A stretch of DNA of 64,000 nucleotides from Micropepsaceae bacterium (GTDB lineage Bacteria > Pseudomonadota > Alphaproteobacteria > Micropepsales > Micropepsaceae), in contig JBGAPZ010000019.1 in NCBI GenBank assembly GCA_044220975.1, forward strand, positions 2,138-66,137, read 5' to 3'. The notes beneath the pieces are model-generated. The model saw only the letters and a program-made list of their open reading frames with translations, made no database searches and was not told the origin of the DNA. Below, piece by piece: positions 18,148 through 27,436 of this stretch. Position numbers and translations under genes: made by a program. Numbering within the stretch: the stretch's first letter is position 1; each line of letters begins with the position of its first letter.

Positions 18148-18869
18148 ACGGCCGCGGGCCTCTCGACCATCGCGTTGTGACCAGCGTCCGCAATTGTGAC
18201 CGCGTTGGTGTCGAAAGCACGCAGCTGGTCTTGTGTGACCATCGGGTCGGTTTCGCCGCGTGCCAGATGCGCGGGCGCACGAGCGGTGTCGATGAGCGCA
18301 CGCATCGGCGGTGCGCCGACGGTCATCGTTCGCGGATCATAGGCTAGGCGCCACCCATCGCTTTCCTGCACGACACCGGCGGCAGCGGCGGGTGAGTTCT
18401 TGCCGATCAATCCTGAGAGCCCTGCCACCTTCAGGTAGCGATCGACGGCTTCGTCCTTTGTGGTGAAGCGGCGCGCCGGGGCTGCGGCGAGGCCTTGCAT
18501 GCGGGTGAGTTCTTCGTCGCTCCACGCAACCTTGATGCCTAGGCCGAAGGCGCGCGATGGCGCGGCGCCGAAGGTGCCCGACGCCAACGCTAAGGCCACC
18601 GCACCGCCCATGGAGTGTCCGGCGACGATGATCTCGCGCCATGGGCCGTGGGATTGGATGAGCGCTGCCACGTCCGCGGCGTGATCGGCGAGCGCGTACG
18701 TCTCGCTGTGCGGAGACGCACCGTGGCCGCGTAAGTCGGGCGCTATCCAGCTGCCGCGCCAACGGCCGGTGTCCTGCATCGGCTGCCAAACGTGACGCGT
18801 GGCGCCCAAGCCGTGCAGCAGCACGATCAGCCTATCGCCAGTACCGCCACGGTCGGACGCGAGCCGCAT
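18117..18869 (-). CDS. Alpha/beta-fold hydrolase
   Basis: HGLG oxyanion region and GHSMGG nucleophile elbow. Its 3' end overlaps the P450 start by 31 nt, and it follows paaZ with no gap. Confidence 0.8.
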   Translation of the reverse strand: MRLASDRGGTGDRLIVLLHGLGATRHVWQPMQDTGRWRGSWIAPDLRGHGASPHSETYALADHAADVAALIQSHGPWREIIVAGHSMGGAVALALASGTFGAAPSRAFGLGIKVAWSDEELTRMQGLAAAPARRFTTKDEAVDRYLKVAGLSGLIGKNSPAAAAGVVQESDGWRLAYDPRTMTVGAPPMRALIDTARAPAHLARGETDPMVTQDQLRAFDTNAVTIADAGHNAMVERPAAVWDWIESRLG

Positions 18870-20888
18870 TCAAAGCGCGTTCATCGTCAGGAGTTCGTAG
18901 CTCGCGACCGGTTCTTCGTTCTGGTTCGTGAGCAGCACGGCCCAACGCACTTCGCCGTATTTGTCGGTGCGCGATGTCTTTTGCTTCACGGTGAGGTTCA
19001 CCTTGATGGTTTCGCCCGGCTTTACCGGCTTGATGAAGCGCAGGTTGTCGAGACCGTAATTCGCGAGCACGGGGCCCGGATCGGGATCGACGAACAAGCC
19101 GGCAGCGAACGAAAGCAAGAGATAGCCGTGCGCGACGCGGCCGCCGAACAGCGGGTTCGCGGCGGCGGCCTTCTCGTCCATGTGGGCGTAGAACGTGTCG
19201 CCCGTGAAGTGGGCAAAATGTTCGACATCTTCGAGCGTGATCGTGCGCGGTTTGGTGACGAGCGTGCGGCCGAGTTCCAATTCGCCGAAACGCAAGCGGA
19301 ACGGGTGCACGCTTTCGCGTTGCTCCGGCGCGCCAGGGAGCCAGTTGCTGGTGACCGCACTGATCGTTCGCGGCGACGCTTGAATCGCGGTGCGCTGCAT
19401 GTAGTGCATGACGCCTCGCAGGCCGCCCATTTCCTCGCCACCACCGGCGCGGCCCGGGCCGCCGTGAATGAGCGAGGGAAGCGGGGAGCCGTGTCCGGTC
19501 GATTCTTTCGCGCAGTCGCGGTCGATAACGACGAGACGGCCGTGGAACGAGGCTGCGCCGTCGATGACTTCGCGCACGACCTTTGGATCATGCGTGTAAA
19601 GCGACATCACGAGTGAGCCTTTGCCGCGATTGACGATGCTGACCGCTTCGGCGAGGCCGGTGTAGGGCATCAACGTGGCAACGGGGCCGAACGGTTCGAC
19701 GTCGTGAACCTTGGTCGCTGACAGAGGTTTGTCACAACGAAGCAGAGTTGGACCGATGAAACCGCCGTGGATAGGACTGGCGCCGTGTAGTTCGACCGGC
19801 TTCCCTCTTACGAGGCGCGCCTCCTCGTAGAGAATGTCAAGCTTCTGCAAAACATCTTCACGCTGTGCCAGGCTAATAAGCGGCCCCATTGTCACGCCTT
19901 CTTGGCGCGGATCGCCGACGACAACTTCGGCAAGCTGTTTCGTGAGTGCCAACTCTGCCGCGTCGACAACGTTCGCGGGGACAATGGCACGACGGATGGC
20001 GGTGCATTTCTGCCCCGCCTTCACCGTCATCTCGCGAACGACTTCTTTCACGAACAGGTCGAATTCGGGCGTGTCGGGTGCGGCATCGGGCCCGAGGACT
20101 GCCGCGTTCAGCGAGTCGCGTTCGGCGACGAAGCGCACGCTTTCACGCGCGATGCCAGGATGGCGTTGCAGCTTCTCCGCCGTCTCGGCCGAGCCTGTGA
20201 ACGAGACGACGTCTTGGCCTGTGAGATGGTCGAACAAATCCCCGATGGGACCGAGGAGGAGTTGAATCGCTCCTTTCGGGAGTACGTTCGCTTCAATGAG
20301 TACGCGGAATGCTGCTTCCGTGAGTTGGGCGCTGGCGGATGCCGGCTTGACGATTGCTGGAACGCCGGCGAGCAGCGTTGGTGCCAGTTTTTCCAGCATG
20401 CCCCATACAGGGAAATTGAAAGCGTTGATGTGAACGGCGGCGCCTTTCAGCGACGTCATCACGTGCTGGCCGATGAACGTGCCCTTTTTCGACAGGCCTT
20501 CGACCGCGCCGTCGGTCAGGATCGTGTCGTTTGGCAGCTCGCGGCGGCCTTTCGAGGCGTAAGCGAACAGCGTCCCCGCGCCGCCTTCGATGTCGATCCA
20601 GCCGTCGCTCTTCGTTGCGCCAGTGTCGTAGGAGAGCGCGTAGAGTTCGTCTTTGCGCGTCATGATGGCGTCGCCCAGCGCCTTCAGCATCTTGCCGCGG
20701 TCATGGAACGTGAGCTTGCGAAGGGCGGGGCCGCCTTCGTTTCGGGCGTGCGCGAGGATTGCAGCGAAGTCGCGAACTGTTTCGCCGAGTTGCGCAACCG
20801 GCTCACCGGTAATGGCGGACCGGATCGGCGTCATTGTCCCGCGCGGGGCGATCCAGGCATCCTGCGCGTAAGCTTGAAGCGCTTTCAT
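18870..20888 (-). CDS. paaZ: Bifunctional PaaZ (aldehyde dehydrogenase + MaoC-like hydratase; oxepin-CoA hydrolase/semialdehyde dehydrogenase)
   Basis: 672-aa protein with an N-terminal ALDH domain and a C-terminal hot-dog domain (FTGDTFYAHMD...GGRVAHG). Confidence 0.9.
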   Translation of the reverse strand: MKALQAYAQDAWIAPRGTMTPIRSAITGEPVAQLGETVRDFAAILAHARNEGGPALRKLTFHDRGKMLKALGDAIMTRKDELYALSYDTGATKSDGWIDIEGGAGTLFAYASKGRRELPNDTILTDGAVEGLSKKGTFIGQHVMTSLKGAAVHINAFNFPVWGMLEKLAPTLLAGVPAIVKPASASAQLTEAAFRVLIEANVLPKGAIQLLLGPIGDLFDHLTGQDVVSFTGSAETAEKLQRHPGIARESVRFVAERDSLNAAVLGPDAAPDTPEFDLFVKEVVREMTVKAGQKCTAIRRAIVPANVVDAAELALTKQLAEVVVGDPRQEGVTMGPLISLAQREDVLQKLDILYEEARLVRGKPVELHGASPIHGGFIGPTLLRCDKPLSATKVHDVEPFGPVATLMPYTGLAEAVSIVNRGKGSLVMSLYTHDPKVVREVIDGAASFHGRLVVIDRDCAKESTGHGSPLPSLIHGGPGRAGGGEEMGGLRGVMHYMQRTAIQASPRTISAVTSNWLPGAPEQRESVHPFRLRFGELELGRTLVTKPRTITLEDVEHFAHFTGDTFYAHMDEKAAAANPLFGGRVAHGYLLLSFAAGLFVDPDPGPVLANYGLDNLRFIKPVKPGETIKVNLTVKQKTSRTDKYGEVRWAVLLTNQNEEPVASYELLTMNAL

Positions 20889-20897
20889 AAAGGCCTC

Positions 20898-21689
20898 CTA
20901 GCGGCCAGTGAAGTTCGGCGTTCGCTTTTCGCCAAAGGCGGCGACGCCCTCTTTGTAGTCGTGACTGCGGCCGAGATCGCGCTGCAGATCGCGCTCGAGA
21001 TCGAGTTGCGCGTCGAGCGATTGCGACCAACTCTTGCGGATCGCGAGTTTCGTGGCACCGAGGCCTTTCGTCGGACCGTTGGCCAAGCGCTCGACCAACT
21101 TCGTCGCTTCGGTCTGCAGATCCACGTCGTCGACGGCGCGCCAGATCAAGCCCCACGCTTCGGCCTTCTCGGCGCTCAGTGGTTCGCCGGTCAGGGCGAG
21201 CGCCATGGCGCGCGGTTGGCCGGCGAGGCGCGGCAATATCCACGTGCCGCCGGAGTCGGGCACGAGACCGATGTTCGCGAACGCTTGGATGAAGCGGGCG
21301 CTCCTTGCAGCGAGAACGATGTCGGCGGCGAAGGCGATGTTCGCGCCGGCGCCTGCGGCGACACCGTTGACCGCACACACGACGGGCTTTGGCAATGCAA
21401 CGAGGCGGCGGACGAGCGGGTTGTAGCGGTTCTCGAGCGACTCGCCGAGGTCGACGCCAGCGGCTCCCGGTGCGACGGCGCGATCGGACAAATCTTGGCC
21501 GGCGCAAAATCCGCGACCCGCACCCGTGATCAGCAACGCGCGGATGTCGGGATTGCGCTCGACGGCGGTCAGCGCCTCAGCGATCTCGGCATGCATTTGC
21601 ACATTGAAACTGTTCAACCGGTCAGGGCGGTTCAGCGTCAAACGCGCCGCGTTGTTGGTCAGATCAAACAGGATGGTTTCGTAAGACAT
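20898..21689 (-). CDS. paaG: Crotonase-family PaaG-like 1,2-epoxyphenylacetyl-CoA isomerase
   Basis: LTLNRPDRLNSF...GAGRGFCAGQDL, in paa context. Confidence 0.8.
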   Translation of the reverse strand: MSYETILFDLTNNAARLTLNRPDRLNSFNVQMHAEIAEALTAVERNPDIRALLITGAGRGFCAGQDLSDRAVAPGAAGVDLGESLENRYNPLVRRLVALPKPVVCAVNGVAAGAGANIAFAADIVLAARSARFIQAFANIGLVPDSGGTWILPRLAGQPRAMALALTGEPLSAEKAEAWGLIWRAVDDVDLQTEATKLVERLANGPTKGLGATKLAIRKSWSQSLDAQLDLERDLQRDLGRSHDYKEGVAAFGEKRTPNFTGR

Positions 21690-21750
21690 GCCGCCACCTC
21701 CCAGGGGTGTCGCGGGTTGGCCCCGCGCTCTTGTGTGCTACGCTTTAGGG

Positions 21751-21773
21751 TAGAACGCGCGGACGGTCAATTT
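21751..21773. promoter_or_regulatory. Operator-like dyad, site 2 (minus-strand reading AAATTGACCGTCCGCGCGTTCTA)
   Basis: It lies in the divergent paaG/paaI intergenic region and shares a 13-nt identity with site 1. Confidence 0.5.
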
Positions 21774-21786
21774 CAGGACGGATCAC

Positions 21787-22221
21787 ATGTCGAACGCTTC
21801 GGATGCGCTCGCGCGCCGGGTTGCAGACCATATGCTCGCTCAAGAAGGAACCGGGCGTCATTGGGGGATTTCGATCGAAGAGGCACGCGAAGGTTATGCG
21901 CGGATTTCGATGGTGGTCCGCGCGGACATGCTCAACGGACATCGCATCGCGCATGGCGGCATGATCTTCGCCCTGGCGGATACGGCGTTCGCCTATGCGT
22001 GCAACTCGCGCAACGTCTCGACGGTTGCCCAGCAGGCATCCATATTGTTCATGGCCCCTGCTCTGGAAGGCGCACGATTGATCGCCGAAGCGCGGGAAGA
22101 AGCTGTCGCTGGACGTTCGGGTGCGTACGTGGTGACAGTGCGCACGACGGAGGGCGAAAACATCGCGGTGTTTCAAGGGCTTTCGCGCTCGCTTGGCGGC
22201 GCAATGCTCCCCGGCAATTAA
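21787..22221 (+). CDS. paaI: PaaI-type hot-dog thioesterase (hydroxyphenylacetyl-CoA thioesterase)
   Basis: NGHRIAHGGMIFALADTAFAYA motif, in paa context. Confidence 0.8.
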   Translation: MSNASDALARRVADHMLAQEGTGRHWGISIEEAREGYARISMVVRADMLNGHRIAHGGMIFALADTAFAYACNSRNVSTVAQQASILFMAPALEGARLIAEAREEAVAGRSGAYVVTVRTTEGENIAVFQGLSRSLGGAMLPGN

Positions 22222-22241
22222 TTGACCGATCGGTCGGCTTA
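22219..22241. promoter_or_regulatory. Operator-like dyad, site 3: TAATTGACCGATCGGTCGGCTTA
   Basis: It overlaps the paaI stop and lies about 40 nt upstream of paaA. It contains the perfect 12-bp palindrome GACCGATCGGTC (22224-22235). Confidence 0.55.
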
Positions 22242-22283
22242 TTCTACATTTCACTTGATGTTCGTTGAGGAAATCGCGCGGTC

Positions 22284-23282
22284 ATGTACACCACCGAACT
22301 GAAGGACAAGAACCAGAAATCGGCGCCCGTCACGACCGTGGCGGAGGATCCGGTGAAGCTTGCCGCGTTCGAAGCGCGGGTGGCGGCGGATGATTTCATC
22401 GAGCCCAAAGATTGGATGCCTGAGGCCTATCGCAAAACGCTGGTGCGGCAGATTTCGCAGCACGCGCACTCAGAGATCGTGGGCATGTTGCCTGAAGGCA
22501 ATTGGATCACGCGCGCGCCGAGTTTGCGGCGCAAGGCCGTGTTGCTCGCCAAGGTGCAAGATGAGGGTGGGCATGGGCTCTATCTCTACGCTGCGGCCGA
22601 GACGCTGGGCACGAGCCGCGACGAGATGATCGAAGCACTGCATTCGGGCCGCGCGAAGTATTCTACGATCTTCAACTATCCGACGTTGACCTGGGCGGAC
22701 ATCGGCGCGATCGGCTGGCTGGTCGACGGCGCCGCGATTTTGAACCAAGTGCCGCTGCAGCGGACGTCGTACGGCCCGTACGCGCGCGCGATGGTGCGGA
22801 TTTGCAAGGAAGAGAGTTTCCATCAGCGCCAAGGCTACGAGATCATGATGGTGCTGGCCGGCGGTTCGCTGGAGCAGAAGCGTCTGGCGCAGAACGCGCT
22901 CGATCGTTGGTGGTGGCCGTCGCTCATGATGTTCGGGCCGCCGGACGAGAACTCGCCGAACACGGCGCAATCCGTGCGGTGGCGAATCAAGCGCGAGACG
23001 AACGACGAACTACGGCAGAAATTCGTCGACGTGACAGTGCCGCAAGCTGAGGCAATCGGGCTCACCATTCCCGATCCGAGGCTCAAGTGGAACGAGGCGC
23101 GGGGATCTTACGATTTCGGCGAAATTGACTGGGACGAGTTCTATGCGGTCGTGCGCGGCGAAGGACAGGTCGCAAAGGAGCGCATGAAGGCACGCGTCGA
23201 AGCGTGGGAGAGCGGCGCGTGGGTGCGAGAGGCCGCGAACGCCCATGCAGCGAAGCGTACGCGTCGCGCAGCGGCGGAGTGA
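22284..23282 (+). CDS. paaA: Phenylacetyl-CoA 1,2-epoxidase catalytic subunit PaaA
   Basis: Di-iron ferritin-like oxygenase sequence (HAHSEIVG...EESFH) at the head of the paaABCDE order. Confidence 0.9.
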   Translation: MYTTELKDKNQKSAPVTTVAEDPVKLAAFEARVAADDFIEPKDWMPEAYRKTLVRQISQHAHSEIVGMLPEGNWITRAPSLRRKAVLLAKVQDEGGHGLYLYAAAETLGTSRDEMIEALHSGRAKYSTIFNYPTLTWADIGAIGWLVDGAAILNQVPLQRTSYGPYARAMVRICKEESFHQRQGYEIMMVLAGGSLEQKRLAQNALDRWWWPSLMMFGPPDENSPNTAQSVRWRIKRETNDELRQKFVDVTVPQAEAIGLTIPDPRLKWNEARGSYDFGEIDWDEFYAVVRGEGQVAKERMKARVEAWESGAWVREAANAHAAKRTRRAAAE

Positions 23283-23287
23283 TCGTC

Positions 23288-23572
23288 ATGTCCAAGGAAT
23301 GGCCCCTTTGGGAAGTGTTCGTGCGGGCGAAGAACGGGCTCGCACACAGGCACGTGGGCAGCGTACACGCCGCCGACGAGCGTATGGCGATCGAAGCTGC
23401 GCGCGACACCTATACACGGCGGATGGAGGGCGTGAGTCTTTGGGTCGTACGGTCGGCTGATATCATCGCTTCCGATCCGGGTGAGGGCGCTGCGTTGTTC
23501 GACCCGGCGGCGGACAAGGTTTATCGCCATCCGACGTTTTATTCGATCCCCGAGAACGTAAAGAACATCTGA
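23288..23572 (+). CDS. paaB: Phenylacetyl-CoA epoxidase subunit PaaB
   Basis: EWPLWEVFVRAKNGLAHRHVGSVHA is typical of PaaB. I chose the ATG at 23288. Confidence 0.9.
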   Translation: MSKEWPLWEVFVRAKNGLAHRHVGSVHAADERMAIEAARDTYTRRMEGVSLWVVRSADIIASDPGEGAALFDPAADKVYRHPTFYSIPENVKNI

Positions 23573-24318
23573 TGGCCGAAGCCGTTCACGAATATGCGGT
23601 GCGCCTCGGCGACGACAGTCTGATTTTAGGCCAGCGGCTTTCCGAGTGGTGTGGCCATGCGCCGATGCTTGAGGTCGATCTTTCGCTGGCCAACATCGCG
23701 CTCGATCTTGTCGGGCAAGCAACGCTGTTCCTGAAGCTTGGCGGTGAAGGGCGGGGTATCGACGCGGATAAACTCGCGTTTCATCGCGACGTGCTCGACT
23801 TCAAGAACTGCCTCTTGGTCGAGCAGCCAAACGGCGACTTTGCGCAGACGATTGCGCGGCAATTCTTGTTTTCGAACTGGCAGGAGCTTTTGTTCCGGGA
23901 ACTTGTGCGCTCGAACCATGAGACGATCGCGGCGATTGCGGCCAAGGCGGTGAAAGAGGTCGCCTATCACGCGCGATTTGCGAACGAGTGGATTGTGCGG
24001 CTCGGCGACGGCACAGCGGAAAGCCGGGAGCGCATCGTCAATGGGCTCGAGTGGGTTTGGCGATTTGGCGACGAGTTGTTCGAGGTGGATAGTGTCGTCG
24101 AACCTCTGATCGCCTCAGGCGTTGCAGCCGATGTGCGCAGCCTGCGCCCAGAATGGGATGCGCGGATCGCCCGGACTTTGGCCGAAGCGACGCTGGAGCT
24201 ACCGAAACCCCGGCGCGCGGCTCTGGGCGGACGGATAGGGCATCACTCCGAGCACCTTGGCCATATTCTGTCCGCGATGCAGTTTCTGCCGCGGGCCTAC
24301 CCGGGTGCCCAGTGGTGA
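23572..24318 (+). CDS. paaC: Phenylacetyl-CoA epoxidase subunit PaaC
   Basis: 248-aa ferritin-like subunit between paaB and paaD. Confidence 0.85.
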   Translation: MAEAVHEYAVRLGDDSLILGQRLSEWCGHAPMLEVDLSLANIALDLVGQATLFLKLGGEGRGIDADKLAFHRDVLDFKNCLLVEQPNGDFAQTIARQFLFSNWQELLFRELVRSNHETIAAIAAKAVKEVAYHARFANEWIVRLGDGTAESRERIVNGLEWVWRFGDELFEVDSVVEPLIASGVAADVRSLRPEWDARIARTLAEATLELPKPRRAALGGRIGHHSEHLGHILSAMQFLPRAYPGAQW

Positions 24319-24794
24319 GCGTCGTGCAGACCGCATCGCTCAAGGATCGTGTGCTTGAGGTATTGTCACACGTGCCCGATCCTGAGATTCCGTGCATCTC
24401 CGTCGTCGATCTCGGTATCGTGCGAGACGTGCGGGACGATGCGGTCGTCATCACGCCGACATACACCGGGTGTCCTGCGACGATTACGATTGAGGCTGCG
24501 ATCCGGGGCGAGCTTGATCGTGCGGGGTTCTCACGGCTGACGATCGAGACGGCGCTGGCACCGGCCTGGACGACAGATTGGATCAGCGATGCGGGACGCG
24601 AGATGCTTCGCGCATACGGAATTGCGCCGCCACCGAAGGGCGCTGGGCGGGCGAGCTTGCGCGACGATGCTCAGTGCCCGCGCTGCGGTTCAGCGCGGAC
24701 TGAGGAGATAAGCCGGTTCGGTTCGACGCCGTGTAAGGCGTTGCATCGGTGCTTGAGTTGCGGCGAACCGTTTGACCTTTTCAAGTGTCACTGA
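24312..24794 (+). CDS. paaD: Phenylacetyl-CoA epoxidase subunit PaaD
   Basis: VPDPEIPCISVVDLGIV...TYTGCPA and a C-terminal CPRCGS...C..C motif. The GTG start at 24312 overlaps the paaC stop; the start is approximate. Confidence 0.85.
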   Translation: MVSVVQTASLKDRVLEVLSHVPDPEIPCISVVDLGIVRDVRDDAVVITPTYTGCPATITIEAAIRGELDRAGFSRLTIETALAPAWTTDWISDAGREMLRAYGIAPPPKGAGRASLRDDAQCPRCGSARTEEISRFGSTPCKALHRCLSCGEPFDLFKCH

Positions 24795-24798
24795 GCCG

Positions 24799-25878
24799 AT
24801 GTCCATCAACGCGGGCTTTCATCGTTTGACAGTTGCCGAGGTTCGCCGCGAGACGGCGGATGCGGTTTCCATTCGCTTCGATGTGCCGGCCCAGTTGCGC
24901 GAAGCGTTCGCCTTTCGCGCGGGGCAGCATTTGACGTTGAAGGCCGACATTGGTGGCGAGGACGTGCGGCGGACCTATTCGTTATGCGTTGCGCCATCGG
25001 ACGGCGAGTTCCGCATCGCGATCAAGACGATGCCGGGCGGGCGGTTTTCGACGTGGGCGAATAGCCAGATCAAAGCGGGACAAACGCTTGAAGTGCTGCC
25101 GCCGATGGGCCGCTTCGTCATGCCCGACGGCGTGCGGGCGCCGTACTACGTGGCGCTTGCGGGTGGGTCGGGCATCACGCCGGTCATTTCGATCCTGAAG
25201 ACGGCGCTGCAGGAGATAGCGCACGCGCGCGCGACGTTGCTCTACGGTAATCGAGATAGCGCTTCGATCATTTTCTTGGAGGAGCTTGCGGCCTTGAAGA
25301 ATCGGTTTCTCGACCGGCTTGAGGTCTATCACTTTCTCGAAAACGAGGCTGAGGAGATTGAGCTGTTCAACGGGCGGCTCGACGCCACGAAGTGCGACGA
25401 GGTTTTTTTCACGCTTGTCGATGTCGCGAGTGCCGATGCGTTCTTTATCTGCGGGCCGGAACCGATGATGGACGCGGCGGAGGCGGCGCTTGTCGCGCGC
25501 GGTGTGCCGGCGTCGAAGATATTGATCGAGCGCTTCACGACGAGCGCGCTTTCCGCGGAACAGATCGAGCGAATGCGCGCCTTGGAAGAGCGGGCGGCGG
25601 GCACGATGTTGACGGTGACACTGGACGGGCGGCGGTCGAAAATCGCCTTCGATGCGGCCAAGGGCAATATTCTCGAAAGCGTTCAAGCGGCGGGATTGCC
25701 GGCGCCTTATGCCTGCAAGGGTGGTGTGTGCACGACATGCCGGGCGCGCGTAACCTCGGGCACTGTCGAAATGAAGAAGAACTATGGCTTGAGCGAAGAA
25801 GAAGTGGCTGACGGCTATGTGCTGACGTGCCAAGCTATTCCGACAAGTGCGGACGTCACGCTGAACTACGACGCCTAA
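24799..25878 (+). CDS. paaE: Phenylacetyl-CoA epoxidase reductase subunit PaaE (FNR-like domain + plant-type 2Fe-2S)
   Basis: RTYSL FAD motif, GGSGITP NAD motif and a C-terminal CKGGVCTTC...C ferredoxin motif. Confidence 0.9.
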   Translation: MSINAGFHRLTVAEVRRETADAVSIRFDVPAQLREAFAFRAGQHLTLKADIGGEDVRRTYSLCVAPSDGEFRIAIKTMPGGRFSTWANSQIKAGQTLEVLPPMGRFVMPDGVRAPYYVALAGGSGITPVISILKTALQEIAHARATLLYGNRDSASIIFLEELAALKNRFLDRLEVYHFLENEAEEIELFNGRLDATKCDEVFFTLVDVASADAFFICGPEPMMDAAEAALVARGVPASKILIERFTTSALSAEQIERMRALEERAAGTMLTVTLDGRRSKIAFDAAKGNILESVQAAGLPAPYACKGGVCTTCRARVTSGTVEMKKNYGLSEEEVADGYVLTCQAIPTSADVTLNYDA

Positions 25879-25899
25879 GCCCTGCGCCTGGAGACGCCC

Positions 25900-26691
25900 A
25901 TGACCTACGAAGACATTCTCTATGACGTGCGCAGTCACGTCGCGACGATCACGCTGAACCGGCCGAAGGTGTACAACGCCTTTCGGCCGAAGACGTGCGT
26001 GGAATTGCTCGACGCGTTTGCGAAGGCGGGGTGGGACAACGACATCGGCGCGATCGTTCTAACCGGCACGGGGCCGAAGGCGTTTTGCACGGGCGGCGAT
26101 CAGTCGGACAAAGACGGGCAGTACGGCGACGGTTCGACGCGCGGGCCGGTCGGCATGCCGATCGACGAGGTACACTCGATCATCCGCGATGTGCCGAAGC
26201 CGGTGGTGGCGAAGGTTAGGGGGTTTGCGATCGGCGGCGGCAACGTGCTCGCCACGCTCTGCGATTTGACGCTGGCTTCGGAGACGGCGGTCTTCGGGCA
26301 AGTTGGGCCCAAGATGGGGTCGGTCGATCCAGGTTTCGGAACCGCATATCTCGCGCGCGTGGTCGGCGAGAAGAAGGCGCGTGAGATGTGGTACCTGTGC
26401 CGGCGCTACACGGCGCAGGAAGCGATGGCGATGGGCCTCGTCAATGCGGTGTTTCCCGACGATCAGCTGGACGCGGCGTGCGATGCGTGGTGCGCAGAAC
26501 TCGTGGAGAAGAGCCCGACCGCGATTGCGCTCGCCAAGAAGTCGTTCAATGCGGACACCGAAAGCATCCGCGGAATCGGCGGGCTCGCGTTCCAGGCGCT
26601 GAAGCTCTACTACGGCACGGCGGAGTCGAAGGAAGGCGGGGCCGCGTTCCGCGAGAAGCGGCCGCCGAATTTTCGAAAGTTCGTCGAGTAG
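25900..26691 (+). CDS. Crotonase-superfamily enzyme, MenB/BadI-like
   Basis: ITLNRPKVYNAFRP...GPKAFCTGGDQS resembles the naphthoate-synthase/BadI branch. It follows paaE after 21 nt. Confidence 0.75.
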   Translation: MTYEDILYDVRSHVATITLNRPKVYNAFRPKTCVELLDAFAKAGWDNDIGAIVLTGTGPKAFCTGGDQSDKDGQYGDGSTRGPVGMPIDEVHSIIRDVPKPVVAKVRGFAIGGGNVLATLCDLTLASETAVFGQVGPKMGSVDPGFGTAYLARVVGEKKAREMWYLCRRYTAQEAMAMGLVNAVFPDDQLDAACDAWCAELVEKSPTAIALAKKSFNADTESIRGIGGLAFQALKLYYGTAESKEGGAAFREKRPPNFRKFVE

Positions 26692-27045
26692 CTACGCGTC
26701 GAGAAGAACTTCGAAGCCGCCCATGATCAAGCGCTGACCGTCGAACGGCATACCGTCGGGCGGCGTCTGCATGCGCGGATCGGCGAACACCTTTTCATTG
26801 CCGGCGTCGCGCGCAGCCTTTGAAGGCCAAACGATCCAGGAGAAGACGACGGTTTCGTCTTCGGTCGTTTTCACGGCCATCGGGAACGACGTGGTCTTGC
26901 CCTCCGGCACATCGTCGCCCCAGCATTCGACGACCTTGAGCGCCCCGTGCTCCTTGAAGATCGGCGCAGCCATCTCGGCGACCTTTCGATAGGCCTCGCG
27001 CTTTGCCTTCGGCACTGGGATTACGAATCCATCGACATACGGCAT
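26692..27045 (-). CDS. DUF1428-family protein
   Basis: MPYVDGFVIPVPKAKREAYRKVAEMAAPIFKEHGAL. Confidence 0.7.
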   Translation of the reverse strand: MPYVDGFVIPVPKAKREAYRKVAEMAAPIFKEHGALKVVECWGDDVPEGKTTSFPMAVKTTEDETVVFSWIVWPSKAARDAGNEKVFADPRMQTPPDGMPFDGQRLIMGGFEVLLDA

Positions 27046-27057
27046 GGGTGTTCTCCT

Positions 27058-27414
27058 TTAGCGCCCCGGGATGGGCAAGCACTCCATGATCTCCACCGAC
27101 TCGCCGGGGAAGATTGCGAAGTGGGGGTGGTTCTCAAACATGCGGGCTGCAGCTTCATGCGACTCGGCGCGCACCACGACGTAACCGGACATGTTGTTCT
27201 TCGTGTCGGAAACGCCCGCGGTCGAGGCTTGTTTGGTTTTGCCGAGCGGGCCGCCTTCGACGACCACAGCGGCGTGATGTTTCGTCATCCATTCGCCCCA
27301 AGCGGCCATGCCGGCGGCGATGCGTTTTTGACGGGCGGCTTCGTCGAGCTTGCCCCACTCGGCTTGGCGCGCCGAGTTGAGGCTGCCCAGGTAGACTGCG
27401 AGAAAGGATTTCAT
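27058..27414 (-). CDS. Hypothetical small protein (possibly a dimeric alpha/beta-barrel, YciI-like fold)
   Basis: 118-aa ORF with tight spacing to co-directional neighbours. The family is not securely recognised. Confidence 0.5.
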   Translation of the reverse strand: MKSFLAVYLGSLNSARQAEWGKLDEAARQKRIAAGMAAWGEWMTKHHAAVVVEGGPLGKTKQASTAGVSDTKNNMSGYVVVRAESHEAAARMFENHPHFAIFPGESVEIMECLPIPGR

Positions 27415-27436
27415 GGGTTGCTTCCTGTGTTCAGGC

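Noticed and set aside
22224-22235. Perfect 12-bp palindrome GACCGATCGGTC as an independent regulatory site
   Set aside because: It is nested in dyad site 3 and is better explained as part of the TTGACCG-N6-CGGyTTA operator shared with sites 1 and 2.
19902-22268. Very long (788 aa) plus-strand ORF spanning the paaZ/paaG/paaI region
   Set aside because: It is antisense to paaZ and paaG, which have clear family signatures. It crosses an intergenic region and has Arg/Ala/Gly-rich low-complexity composition, typical of shadow ORFs in high-GC DNA.
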